A DNA stretch of 63,836 bases, the filler included, from Octopus bimaculoides (taxonomy: Eukaryota), in the NCBI RefSeq assembly GCF_001194135.2. It is 8 parts of 7 records of this genome, joined end to end, with 100 filler letters (N's around TTAATTAATTAA, not from the genome) between each part and the next. Parts side by side here need not be neighbours in the genome. Positions count along the whole stretch, not along the records: positions 49,910 to 59,275 come from NC_068996.1; positions 59,376 to 60,399 come from NC_068984.1; positions 60,500 to 62,252 come from NC_068985.1; positions 62,353 to 63,836 come from NC_068981.1; 4 more parts are not named here. One strand, 5' to 3'. Position numbers and translations under genes: made by a program. Every line of letters starts with the position of its first letter. Position 1 is the first letter of the stretch. The notes beneath the pieces are model-generated. The model did no database searches and had not been told where the DNA came from. It saw nothing but the letters and a program-made list of their open reading frames with translations. Positions 52,409 through 63,836 of this stretch are shown here, piece by piece.

Positions 52409-52860
52409 GGAGGAGGATGACGATGACGATAATGACGACGATGATGATGATGATGATGATGATGATAAGGAGGAGGTGGAGGAGGAGGATGATGCCGAGG
52501 TGAGTAGGAGGAGAAGAATTGTAAAAATATAAAGGAGTCGGAAGAGAGAATACGGAAGTAAAAGCCAGTGTTTACTTAAGGAGTGTCTTCCTTTTAAAGT
52601 CGCTGTATCCTCTCACATGCCGTCGTCGATTCGTATGATCGCCATTACGAATAATAATAAACCTTAAACTATAACACAACTACAGCCACAAATATCATTA
52701 TCACCACCACCACCACCACCACCACCACCACCACTACTACAACCTCTACCTTCACAACCGCCACCAACACCACAGCCACTAGTACTACGATTAGCACAAG
52801 CATTACCATAACCACTATCACCGTAACAGACATCCTCCTCCTCTTCCTCCTCTTCCTCCN
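51890..52860. repeat. (GAT)/(GAC)/(GAG)/(CAC) trinucleotide low-complexity block
   Basis: Direct reading; poly-D, poly-E and poly-M ORFs are artefacts. Confidence 0.93.
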
Positions 52861-53459
52861 NNNNNNNNNNNNNNNNNNNNNNNNNNNNNNNNNNNNNNNN
52901 NNNNNNNNNNNNNNNNNNNNNNNNNNNNNNNNNNNNNNNNNNNNNNNNNNNNNNNNNNNNNNNNNNNNNNNNNNNNNNNNNNNNNNNNNNNNNNNNNNNN
53001 NNNNNNNNNNNNNNNNNNNNNNNNNNNNNNNNNNNNNNNNNNNNNNNNNNNNNNNNNNNNNNNNNNNNNNNNNNNNNNNNNNNNNNNNNNNNNNNNNNNN
53101 NNNNNNNNNNNNNNNNNNNNNNNNNNNNNNNNNNNNNNNNNNNNNNNNNNNNNNNNNNNNNNNNNNNNNNNNNNNNNNNNNNNNNNNNNNNNNNNNNNNN
53201 NNNNNNNNNNNNNNNNNNNNNNNNNNNNNNNNNNNNNNNNNNNNNNNNNNNNNNNNNNNNNNNNNNNNNNNNNNNNNNNNNNNNNNNNNNNNNNNNNNNN
53301 NNNNNNNNNNNNNNNNNNNNNNNNNNNNNNNNNNNNNNNNNNNNNNNNNNNNNNNNNNNNNNNNNNNNNNNNNNNNNNNNNNNNNNNNNNNNNNNNNNNN
53401 NNNNNNNNNNNNNNNNNNNNNNNNNNNNNNNNNNNNNNNNNNNNNNNNNNNNNNNNNNN

Positions 53460-53543
<84 letters not shown>

Positions 53544-53898
53544 GTAGTAGTAAATGAAATAATATCAACACTGTAGATATCTGTTTTTCTCATCGACATT
53601 AAGATTTTACTCTTGTTAAACCGATCCTGCTCTTCTAAAGAGCGAGACACCCCACTCACGATGAGTTAAAAAAGAAAAGAATAAACATAGAAAAAAGGAG
53701 AAAAAGACAAATATTAGCTTAACTTTGGTTTCAGGGTACGAATATGGAGACAATATTAAGTGGTCAAGATGTAGGTTTGTATATATTTTTTAGCAGCGGA
53801 TTATGTTTAATAATCTACCTCCTTTCACAAATCATCTGTCATATCCTATCACGAGCTAAAGGCAGCTCAAGATACTTCAAATGAATGCTTTGTGTGTA

Positions 53899-53932
<34 letters not shown>

Positions 53933-54036
53933 AATATGCGCGCTTTCTCTTTACCTTCACCACCACCATCACCACGTCCACCGTTACCACCACAATCATA
54001 ACCGTCATCTTCCACATACGTATATTTGAATATGTA

Positions 54037-54072
<36 letters not shown>

Positions 54073-54101
54073 CGAACACGCGCACGTACACACACACACA
54101 C

Positions 54102-54132
<31 letters not shown>

Positions 54133-54710
54133 TATATATATANNNNNNNNNNNNNNNNNNNNNNNNNNNNNNNNNNNNNNNNNNNNNNNNNNNNNNNNNN
54201 NNNNNNNNNNNNNNNNNNNNNNNNNNNNNNNNNNNNNNNNNNNNNNNNNNNNNNNNNNNNNNNNNNNNNNNNNNNNNNNNNNNNNNNNNNNNNNNNNNNN
54301 NNNNNNNNNNNNNNNNNNNNNNNNNNNNNNNNNNNNNNNNNNNNNNNNNNNNNNNNNNNNNNNNNNNNNNNNNNNNNNNNNNNNNNNNNNNNNNNNNNNN
54401 NNNNNNNNNNNNNNNNNNNNNNNNNNNNNNNNNNNNNNNNNNNNNNNNNNNNNNNNNNNNNNNNNNNNNNNNNNNNNNNNNNNNNNNNNNNNNNNNNNNN
54501 NNNNNNNNNNNNNNNNNNNNNNNNNNNNNNNNNNNNNNNNNNNNNNNNNNNNNNNNNNNNNNNNNNNNNNNNNNNNNNNNNNNNNNNNNNNNNNNNNNNN
54601 NNNNNNNNNNNNNNNNNNNNNNNNNNNNNNNNNNNNNNNNNNNNNNNNNNNNNNNNNNNNNNNNNNNNNNNNNNNNNNNNNNNNNNNNNNNNNNNNNNNN
54701 NNNNNNNNCA

Positions 54711-56503
54711 ATGATCATACACCCCATAATCCGGATGTCACCTGATGTTTGTGACAGCACGGAAGATCTCCTCATCAGGATCAACGACTGTAACAACACC
54801 TGCGACCTGACAGGGTGTATAGTGGGTAGCATGGATGTGGTATCACTATACCCATCTATCGACGTGGATTTTGCAGTGGAAAAATGCGTGGAGATGATCA
54901 ACGAGAGTGAAGTGGAGTTCCGCAATGTCAACACAGAAGAACTGGGCCTCTTACTTAGATTGACATATGACGATGTATATCTAGATAAACACGACCTTAG
55001 AGGTTTCTGCCCTAGTAGACGTTTAAGAGATAGACCACCCACAATTACCTCTATGGCTAGGAAGACTCCTATAGAGAGATGGAGTGGATGGACCAGCGCC
55101 ATACGGAGCCCCGCTAATATTCATCAGGTAAAGAAAATGATCGCACATGCACTAGGAGCTAGTATAAAGGTTACCCTAAAAGGCCACACATTTAACTTTA
55201 ACAACAAAATATACGCCCAGAACGAGGGGGCAGCCATCGGTGTTAGTATCGCCGGTGATTTGGCCAATCTCTTCATGGTATGGTGGGACAGAAGGCTTAA
55301 GGAACGCCTGACACAGAACTCCATACTCGTGAATATGTACTCTCGATATGTCGATGATATCAACGTAGTGGTAAAGACACCCCCGCAAGAGAGTACTCTT
55401 GAAATAGAAATAGAAACTAATACTATGGAGAGCATCTAGCAAATAGCTAACTCCATCCATCAGAGTATTAAAGTTACGATAGACTACCCTACTAAACACC
55501 CTAACCATAGATTACCTGTATTAGATACTGAACTCTGGATAGAAACTGAGAAAAATAAGACCCGAATCCTCTATTCACACTATGCAAAACCTATGGCCTC
55601 CAAATACCTGATCCACCGGAACTCGGCTATTGCGGACAATGCCAAATTCAATATATTGATGGCAGACCTCGTCAGAGTAATGCGAAATGTGTCCTGCATG
55701 TGCAACCCTACAGAGTTAAAGAGACATACATTTCGTTCACCGCATGCAATTCTCAAGTTACAGCCATAAAGAAAGGATCAGAGTATACAAAGGAGCTATG
55801 AAGAAATTTGAAACCATCAAACGTAACGATAGGAATGGGATTTGCCCTCTCTATAGGAGCAAATCATGGAACACCATTGAAAGGATTAAGAAGAAAATAG
55901 GGAAGGTCAGCTCATGGTATGATAGCCACAAATACCAGAGCGTCATGTTCGTCGACACCACCCCTAGAAGCGAACTGGCGTACCGCTTTAGAAGGGCCCT
56001 AGACAAACTTAAGCTGAGAATTAAGGTTGTTGAAAGGCCAGGCAACCCTATCAAATCCCTTATCAGTAGAACCTACCCTTTTAGTAGAACCCCCTGCACT
56101 GATAGGAACTGTACCGTATGTAGATTTAGCCCACAAACGAACTGTAAAACCAGAAATGTGGTCTATAGCATAAGATGTACAGAGGGACGATGCAATAACA
56201 AGACAGCGACGTATGTAGGGGAACAGCACGGAGCATAGGAGAGCGGGTAAATGTCATTGGAGGGAACTTAAGGAAGGGAAGAGCTCATCAGTTCTGTACC
56301 AGCACGCTGAGAAGAAACACGGAGGCTCACTCAACAACATGGAAATTAAAATCTTGTCCACACATAGCACAGACACAGCACTTAGACAAGTTACAGAAGC
56401 TACATACATAATAGTGATAAACCTAGCCTGAATAGGAAATTGGAATGGAACACTAACACACCCCCCCAGCAAACCACAACATATGACAATAAATTCCCCA
56501 TAA
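54711..56503 (+). pseudogene. Penelope-like element ORF: RT + thumb + Cys linker + C-terminal GIY-YIG (CCHH); 5' part in gap
   Basis: SMDVVSLYPSI (motif A), QNEGAAIG (B'), RYVDD (C), LPVLDTELW; CTDRNCTVC; VVYSIRC...C...YVGE, H...YQHAEKKH, LRQVTEA, LN..EWN. One TAG (55437) and several frameshifts. Confidence 0.92.
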
Positions 56504-56858
56504 ACCGATAACAATAGGAACAAAATATAATACAATACATAGATAAACAAATGGAAATAAATATTACATACGTTAACAAAATTAAATTAAATACAAAAGA
56601 AAAAGAAAAAAAAGAAAAAACACACAAAAAAGTAGGTATAAACACATGAACAAATAGATAAATAAAAACAAAAATAAACGAACATGTATTAACAGAGGAT
56701 ATAGATAATACAGGCACTCCCCATACACACACATGCACTTACAAAACATAGACACACATTGAGGGATACGCATGCGTAGACACATGCAATAGGAATACAA
56801 AATACAAAATGGCTGATAGTTAGCAAGGTGGGACACACATAAGAAAGAAGAAAGCAAA

Positions 56859-56903
56859 GGACCACTGATGTGGTCACAGAAGTGTGACGAAAGAACTCTG
56901 GCC
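56859..56903 (+). ncRNA. Degenerate minimal type I hammerhead at the PLE 3' end
   Basis: GG(A)CCA-CTGATGTG-GTCACA gaag TGTGAC-GAAA-GAAC-TC-TGGCC, followed by a (TAATG)n tail; A9 is altered. Confidence 0.6.
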
Positions 56904-57013
56904 GAAATAGGATTAATGTAATGTAATGTAATATAAAGCTGAAGCAAATTAACACCAAATATACAGTGCGTGTGTTTTTATTGGCTAAACTGGCAATATG
57001 ACCATCTCCAAAT

Positions 57014-57044
<31 letters not shown>

Positions 57045-57046
<2 letters not shown>

Positions 57047-57435
57047 CCGGAGTAAGCACTTAAATGTGAAACAAGATGGAAAAAAGAGTACTCAAATACC
57101 AGAGGTAACGTAATATGCTTTATTTGAAAGCAGCAGAAATATCACAAAAACTGTTACTCCGAATTTCATATGAAACTCTGAGTAACAGTTTTTGTGATAT
57201 TTCAGCTTGAAAATAATATTGCAATCGGTTACCAAATAATTGGGTGCTAATTGCAGGTTCTTTGATTTTGTGATGAAAACAACACCTTTTTGATCGGCGA
57301 GCGCTTTTGGCAGTTCGTTTTCCACGATTTGATTGGATTGTTTGAAGAAGCTTCCGCCAATCAAAGGGTTCGAATGAGACAAACAAATTAATATTTTTAA
57401 GAAGTAATTAACACACTCGAGACCATATTCCACTT
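57045..57435. mobile_element. PLE-derived fragment in (TA)n, with a 68-bp near-perfect palindrome (57136-57203)
   Basis: 24-bp perfect arms GAAATATCACAAAAACTGTTACTC; each strand carries the hammerhead 3' half GAAA-YTCKGAG-TA-ACAGT. Confidence 0.5.
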
Positions 57436-57480
57436 CACTTCATTACAATTTCAAGCAATCTTGCAGATATTTGGAAAAAA

Positions 57481-57870
57481 GTGGTAAGTAGCTTGCTTAC
57501 CAGCCACATAGTTCCGGGTTCAGTCTCACTGCGTGGCACCTTGGGCAAGTGTCTTCTACTATAGCCTCGGGCCGACCAAAGCCTTGTGGGTGGATTTGGT
57601 AGACGGAAACTGAAAGAACCCTGTCTTATATATGTATATATATGTATATGTATGTGTGTTTTTGTGTCTGTCTTTGTCCCCCCAACATCGCTTGACAACC
57701 GATGCTGGTGTGTTTACGTCCCCGTAACTTAGCGGTTCGGCAAAAAGAGACCGATAGAATAAGTACTAGTCTTACAAAGAATAAGTCCTGGGGTCGATTT
57801 GCTCGACTAAAGGTGGTGCTCCAGCATGGCCGCAGTCAAATGACTGAAACAAATAAAAGAGTAAAAGAGT
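57481..57870 (+). mobile_element. Composite SINE (B+C)
   Basis: Close match to 25377-25772. Confidence 0.9.
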
Positions 57871-57881
57871 ATGAATATACA

Positions 57882-58895
57882 ATGCCTAAGAGGAAATCCT
57901 ATTCTGTAAAGGAAAAGTTAAATCTGGTTGACCGCATACGAAATGGCGAAATCAAAGCCAAACTATCGAGAAAGATTGGTGTTCCAGAGTCTACCTTGAG
58001 TGGTTGGGTTAAGGATGAGACTAACCTCAGGAGTTATGTGAATACAGTTGTGGATGTTTTGTCCAGGAGCAGAGTGGCAGCACTCCACTGTCAGGCGCCA
58101 TTTTCAGAACTCAGACAGAGAAGTTTCATAGCCAGCTGCATCCAGAGCAACCTGACCAGCCTGACTAGCAGACCTTTCTAGCCAGCAAGGTTGTACAGGT
58201 TCCAGAAGAGCCATGGTATAGGTGCTGTCAAGATCAGTGGGGAGCAGAGATCAGCAGACAGCCAAGCTGTAGATGACTTCCCAGCCACCCTGAAGCAGCA
58301 TATGGAAGCAGAGTACCTCACCCCAGAACAACTGTACAATGCAGATGAGTCCGGTCTCTACTGGAAAATACTACCAAACAACATCCTAGCAGTAACAACA
58401 GATGCTCATAACACATTGGGCTACAAACAGGCAAAGAACAGACTGAGAGACTTTTTTATGTGATTGAATAAAAAACCAAATGTGAACATTCATACAATGT
58501 AACTTGATTAATTAAACATACTTTTACGGGCTTTCAAATCGTTCACCAGGTGGCATGACACCAGAAATGCAATGTAAAAGCATTTCGTAAGTATTTATTA
58601 CAAATTCTTATTTTAGAGTCAACATGAACTGCTTACGGAAGTAAACAATGTAAATATTTTTGAAAAGTTGTAATGATGTTTTGTAATTTATTGTTATTGT
58701 ATAATAAATGTTAAACTTGATTGAATATTTATGTTTTTTTTTCGTTCGTACACTTTACTAATCAATCAAAATATAAATATCTCACTTTCTTCCATTATCG
58801 CCTGTTCCCCCACTTACCCGTGAATCCGCGGTCCGGATAGGACACGGTTGGTTTTCTTAGACCCCCATCACCCACGTTATAGAGAGGGAGTACTG
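57882..58895 (+). mobile_element. Tigger/pogo transposon remnant, internally deleted, right end only
   Basis: MPKRKSYSVKEKL...GVPESTLSGW (psq-type HTH); PLSGAI...FLASK...RFQKSHGI (CENP-B HTH); EQLYNADESGLYWK (start of DDE); ends ...GAGGGAGTACTG then TA; rest of the catalytic domain is missing. Confidence 0.85.
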
Positions 58896-58921
58896 TATTA
58901 TATGCGTGTGTGCGTCTGTGC

Positions 58922-58961
<40 letters not shown>

Positions 58962-59026
58962 GCATATACGTATAATATTTGTGTGTATGTATCTCTTTAT
59001 CTCTCTCTCTCTCTCTCTCTCTATCC

Positions 59027-59057
<31 letters not shown>

Positions 59058-59225
59058 GGCAGAGGCGTGGTTGTGTGGTAAGAAGCTTGCTTACCAACTA
59101 CATATGGTTCCGGTTTCAGTCCAACTGCGTAGCACCTTGGGCAAATGTCTTCTACTATGGCCTCGGACCGACCAAAGCCTTGTGAATGGATTTGGTAGAC
59201 GGAAACTGAAAGAAGCCTGTCATGT
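59058..59225 (+). mobile_element. SINE B head
   Basis: GGCGTGGTTGTGTGGTAAG...GGATTTGGTAGACGGAAACTG. Confidence 0.85.
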
Positions 59226-60135
59226 ATACATGTATATATATATTTATATGTATATCTTTGTGACTGCGTTTGCCCNNNNNNNNNNNNNNNNNNNNNNNNN
59301 NNNNNNNNNNNNNNNNNNNTTAATTAATTAANNNNNNNNNNNNNNNNNNNNNNNNNNNNNNNNNNNNNNNNNNNNCTCTTTATTATTTTTTAAAATCTAT
59401 ATTCTTCCCGTTACTCATGCCCAAACGATTGCATTAGTTTCCCACCCTTTATGGCCAGCTATTGTGTTTTATTCTACGAAGATCATAAGAAAAGTAAAAT
59501 GGTTTCCTTGAAGGACCTGCTAAAAATGATGGCTAATTTCTTGACTGTTCATTGTTCACACTTCTTATAACTTTTCTGTGTTTTTTTTTTGTTTTTTTTT
59601 TCTCATTTCCTTTTCATTCTGATAACTAAAGCAAAGAAATAAAAATTTAATTTCCGAAAAATAAAAAATAAATGCTAATGTTCACACAGGAGGAACAAAG
59701 CATAGTTCTGTAAAGTAGGAGTGTTAACTACAAACTCATTAACAAAGAGCTGTGATGGACCGGTGCTGGCTGCCGTCTCAGGATCTAACAGGGACCAAAC
59801 ATATTGAATAATTATGAGCTGGTACGCAATAAACCAGTAGTACCACTTTTGGTGCAAACGTTTTAGGCTGACTGTTTTTGCTAAACGCAAAAACCATACC
59901 GTTGAATAACACAAATCATAATGTACATATTTTACTCGGAAAGGAGAAGAAACAATAAAATAATTCTGGAAATAAACAAAAGTTTTCCCACAGATATGAA
60001 AATGAAGAAAGCAAATCTCCATACACGAATAAACAACATCGATTCTGCACAAATTGGAGATACCGAAGAGGGCAAATGTTGGCGTTATGGAAACTCGAAT
60101 GAAACTGATAGGAAGGTGATGATGATGATGATGTG

Positions 60136-60194
<59 letters not shown>

Positions 60195-60204
60195 TAATAA
60201 TAAT

Positions 60205-60399
60205 AATAAATGCCCGGATGCAGTACCAGGCAGTGGCTCTCATAGCTTCTGATCTTAATTGATTGGAAGTGTTATCATGTACATTGTTTTGTCTTGGTAG
60301 AAAAAGATGGGCTACAGCAAATATTCTGCTCAATACCACAGATTTGCTTGTCAGTTGTTTGACCTTAACCAGTTGAGCATGTCCCTTCGTGGCTGACGA
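60205..60399 (-). mobile_element. Probable LINE 3' UTR running into an (ATT)n tail
   Basis: Unique sequence abutting the (AAT)n tract at 60138-60210; resembles a repeat I recall from octopus DNA, not verified. Confidence 0.4.
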
Positions 60400-60499
60400 N
60401 NNNNNNNNNNNNNNNNNNNNNNNNNNNNNNNNNNNNNNNNNNNTTAATTAATTAANNNNNNNNNNNNNNNNNNNNNNNNNNNNNNNNNNNNNNNNNNNN

Positions 60500-60700
60500 T
60501 TCATGTTTGTGTTTTTCCCCCCTACCGGTGTTGGTGTCTTTATGACCCCCATAAGTAAGCTGTTTGGCAAAATACGACAAAATAAGTACAAGGCTTAAAA
60601 ATAAGTACTGGGGTCGATTCATTCGACTAAAAATTCTTGAACGCGGTGCCCCAGCATGGCCAAAGTCTAACGACTGAAACAAGTAACATGTAAAAGATAA
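60500..60700 (+). mobile_element. SINE C tail copy
   Basis: GGGGTCGATTCATTCGACTAAAA...CAGCATGGCC...GACTGAAACAAGTAA. Confidence 0.75.
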
Positions 60701-60879
60701 AAGATATATATATTGGGGAAGCAAAGACACTTGTGGTTAGTATACAGGAAGTGGCTGATAAAAAAGAAACACAAAAAATATAATGTAAATAAATAAGGAG
60801 GTGTTAATAGCATTAGATCGAAAGCTCTAATGCATGTGGAGATCTTTGTTATGGCAGTCAAGCGCGACTGCGTGGTCAA

Positions 60880-61952
60880 GGATTTAGTGTGGGTGTGATT
60901 CCAGCCTTTAAAATTGATAATATTAAATAAGGCAATGTGGTTTTTCCATAAGAAGGCTGGACTTACTAGAGAAGAATTTAAAGTGATAACAGCTGCTAGA
61001 AAATCTTTTATTAGTTTTAACGATAAAATATGGATAAGAAAGGATACACCAGATGCTTTCGATGTCCCCATGGGAAGCTCTGACTCAGCACAAATAGCTG
61101 ATATGGTGGGTTCCTTCATTCTTTATGAATTAAATGATCAATTCCCTATGATTAGGGGGTAGTCTATATAGAGATGACTGCCTTATATATGTTAGGAATA
61201 GCTCTAACCAGGAACTGCAGAGGATTAAGGGTAGACTGGCTAGATTTTTTCGTAGAATGGGGATGAGCATAGTTTATGAAGATGATACTTGGGTAGCAAA
61301 TTTTTTAGATGTAACATTAGATATTAAAAATGAGACATATAGACCATATCATAAACCTTTAACTAACCTAAAGTATATAAATAAATCGAATAACCATCCT
61401 AGAGCTATTATTGATAATTTAGTTTAAAATATTTCATTAAGACTCTCCAGATTATCTGCTAATAATAGGGTTTTTAATAATGGAGCTCAATTCTATAATT
61501 CAGCATTAAATAAGGCAGGTTACAAAGACAAGGTTTACTATATTGAAAATGATAGCAACAAAGTTAAGGCAGATAACAATAATAGCAATAAAAATAAACT
61601 CAATGGAAATAAGAGAAATAAACCCAAGAATTTCCATAAACATAACATAGGTAATTTGAAACTTTTTAAGAATGATATTCGTAATTCTGATAATAATAAA
61701 GATGATAATGTTTGGTTCATAATCCCGTTTAGGAGGAATATCAAGAGTAACTTGATTGCAAAGTTTAGAGAGGTGATAAGCAGACATTTCCCAAAGAATT
61801 CACACTATGATAAAATTATTAATACACATATCATTAGATTTGGATTTTCAAATACTATGAATTTAGCACAAATAATTGCAGCCCATAATTTTAAAATACT
61901 AAAATCTAAAGAAATAGGAGTGGATAGGGATTTGAACAATGATATAAATAGC

Positions 61953-62025
<73 letters not shown>

Positions 62026-62252
62026 GCGGTATTATTAATAATAGTGATAATGTTTGTAATAGTAGGAATTTGATTACAGTAACGGAGGTCAACCCTAGAA
62101 GATTGAAATTTGAAGGACCTAATGCGAGGGTTAAAAATGTAGTTTATCAATGTAAGGTAAGGACTCAAACAGATGCTAGAAGATACCTGGGATGTACTTC
62201 AGGACAAATCTGTAAAAGAATATCTAATCATTTTAATACATTTAGAGATAGA
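60880..62252 (+). pseudogene. Second-type Penelope-like element ORF (RT-thumb-GIY-YIG), probably Hydra-clade-like; 3' end in gap
   Basis: ARKSF...FDVPMGSSDSAQIADMVG, LYRDD (61164-61178), FLDVTLD, NHP, VWF...F, HFP, VVY (62139)...YLG (62184). Frame is open from 61164 to 62252 except one TAA at 61425. Confidence 0.85.
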
Positions 62253-62352
62253 NNNNNNNNNNNNNNNNNNNNNNNNNNNNNNNNNNNNNNNNNNNNTTAA
62301 TTAATTAANNNNNNNNNNNNNNNNNNNNNNNNNNNNNNNNNNNNNNNNNNNN

Positions 62353-62715
62353 TTCCGCTTTAGTGAAGGCAGAGGTATTCTTTTCAGTTGCGTTTGTTTG
62401 TCCGTCCGTGGACATGATATCTCAAGAACCGCTGGATAGATTCGAATGAAATTTTCAGGCATGTTTGGCCTCGTGACTGGCACAAACTGATTAGATTTTG
62501 GGATCGATCCGGTACCGGACAAGGATTCTGGATTATTTTTCCATTTTTTTTTACTTAATTTTTGAGATCGGTCGGGTTCATTTTTAGTATTCTCGTTTGT
62601 GAGAGCAGTCAAGTTTATTTCAGATATTCTCATTTTAAAAATCATCTCCGGCCAATCGTTTAGAGGACATTGGTGTTGCCTCGGCGAAAGCTTGCGCTCT
62701 CTTCGTGCTTGCTCT
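62353..62715 (+). mobile_element. Helentron-associated non-autonomous element (DINE/HINE-like)
   Basis: TCCGC..AGTGAAGGCAGAGG start, GTTTGTCCGTCCG, ATCTCAAGAACCGCTGGAT, and end GGCGAAAGCTTGCGCTCTC...GTGCTT. Confidence 0.65.
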
Positions 62716-62913
62716 TGTTGTTGTTATTATTATTATTATTGACAGGGCGGCGAACTGAGCGGATTGTTAGAGCCGCGTGGTATTTGTTCCGGTTAAGTTC
62801 TAAGCCCAATTATTGTCTGAATCAACTTTACTTTTTATCCTTGTGGCCTCGAGATAACCGACTGGGCTCTTCCCATAAGATTTCAAACCTTTTTCCGGCA
62901 GCAGAAAGGATTA

Positions 62914-62953
<40 letters not shown>

Positions 62954-63339
62954 GATTTGAGAAGAGCGTTGTAGTTTGCTTGAAGCATTGTAGTGCAGGA
63001 GTAGAATAACAAATTAAAAGGGAGATGAGGAAAGTTCCTAACACTGCAGAACGGAAAACTGAAAAATCTTAATATATTTCGAAAGTAAATGGCATCTTCA
63101 GAAGAATACAGCAAAGAAATGTGTGTCGACATAAACTTTGCCATTTGAATAGCCGCCATGGTCAGTTGGGCAGTAAGACCGTTTCACTTTGGGGAATGTG
63201 CTAATAGGCACACATTTCGTTGACTGAATTCTTCCGAAAATGGCGCTTTTCACCCGAAATATATAAAAGTTTTTCAACTTGCCTTTTGATTGTTAGAAGC
63301 TTACCTTTTTTTAAATCCTTTTTATTCTTTATTTTTACT

Positions 63340-63517
63340 TATTTTTAGTCATTAGATTGCGGCCATGCTGGGGCACCACCTTGAGGAATTTCAGTCGAAC
63401 AACCCGACCCTAGTACTATCTTTTTTAAAACTGGTACTTATTCTATCGGTTTCCTTTCCGGATCGCTAAGTTACAAGAACGTAAGCAAACGATTACCAGT
63501 TGTCAAGTGGTGGTGGA

Positions 63518-63567
<50 letters not shown>

Positions 63568-63705
63568 CTGTCTTCGAAATCCATTCAGAAGGTTTCGGTC
63601 AGCTCAAGGCTATAGTAGAAGACACTTGTCCAAGGTGCCATGCAGAGGGACTGAACCCGGAACCATGTGGTTTGCAAAGTTTCTCACCACACAGCCACGC
63701 ATGCG
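63340..63705 (-). mobile_element. Composite SINE (B+C), diverged
   Basis: Reverse-complement match with internal (CA)n. Confidence 0.8.
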
Positions 63706-63836
63706 CCTTTCAAGGTCTCTCACATTTTTGTGAGATGGATGCCGACACCTGAACTAATGCCAATCTATTCCACATTTTATTGATTCCCTAAAAATAACAG
63801 CAAGGTTAACTTTAAAAAAAAACCAACTACAAATCA

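Noticed and set aside
54711-56503. Selenocysteine-type readthrough, as described for some Naiad PLEs
   Set aside because: The in-frame stop is TAG at a probable Gln, not TGA at a Cys; the other lesions are frameshifts.
9058-62308. TTAATTAATTAA islands flanked by N runs (9058, 14481, 26024, 49854, 59320, 60444, 62297)
   Set aside because: Identical 12-mer with stops in all six frames, always centred in a gap: an assembly linker, not biology.
1-63836. Long ORFs rich in Y/I/M/C/V, H/T, poly-N/D/I or X
   Set aside because: Translations of microsatellites and N gaps.
1-63836. CRISPR arrays, intact tRNA genes, prokaryotic operons
   Set aside because: None seen; tRNA-like boxes belong to SINE heads and the DNA is eukaryotic.

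Overview
This is eukaryotic, AT-rich, microsatellite-dense, gap-ridden DNA. The SINE repertoire and low complexity look like an octopus (cephalopod) genome; that is inferred from recalled repeat consensi, not from a search. I found no host protein-coding gene I can support. Most listed ORFs are microsatellite translations or decayed transposon frames. Recognisable content: many tRNA-type SINE copies (three with clear target-site duplications), MITEs and foldbacks, RTE and CR1 LINE remnants, an L1/Tx1 LINE remnant, a Tigger remnant, a 5S rRNA pseudogene, and at least three distinct Penelope-like element (PLE) coding remnants. Best leads: (1) a head-to-tail array at 28.5-32.7 kb of three divergent L1/Tx1-type ORF1 units, the two complete ones lacking ORF2, with shared 5' and 3' terminal signatures (HeT-A-like organisation); (2) five minimal hammerhead ribozyme motifs, one with a fully canonical core, two of which bracket an L1/Tx1 fragment on the same strand; (3) a PLE with a C-terminal GIY-YIG domain but a long insertion in the RT fingers; (4) a 5S rRNA head joined to a SINE tail. 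All structures were read by eye and none was computed.
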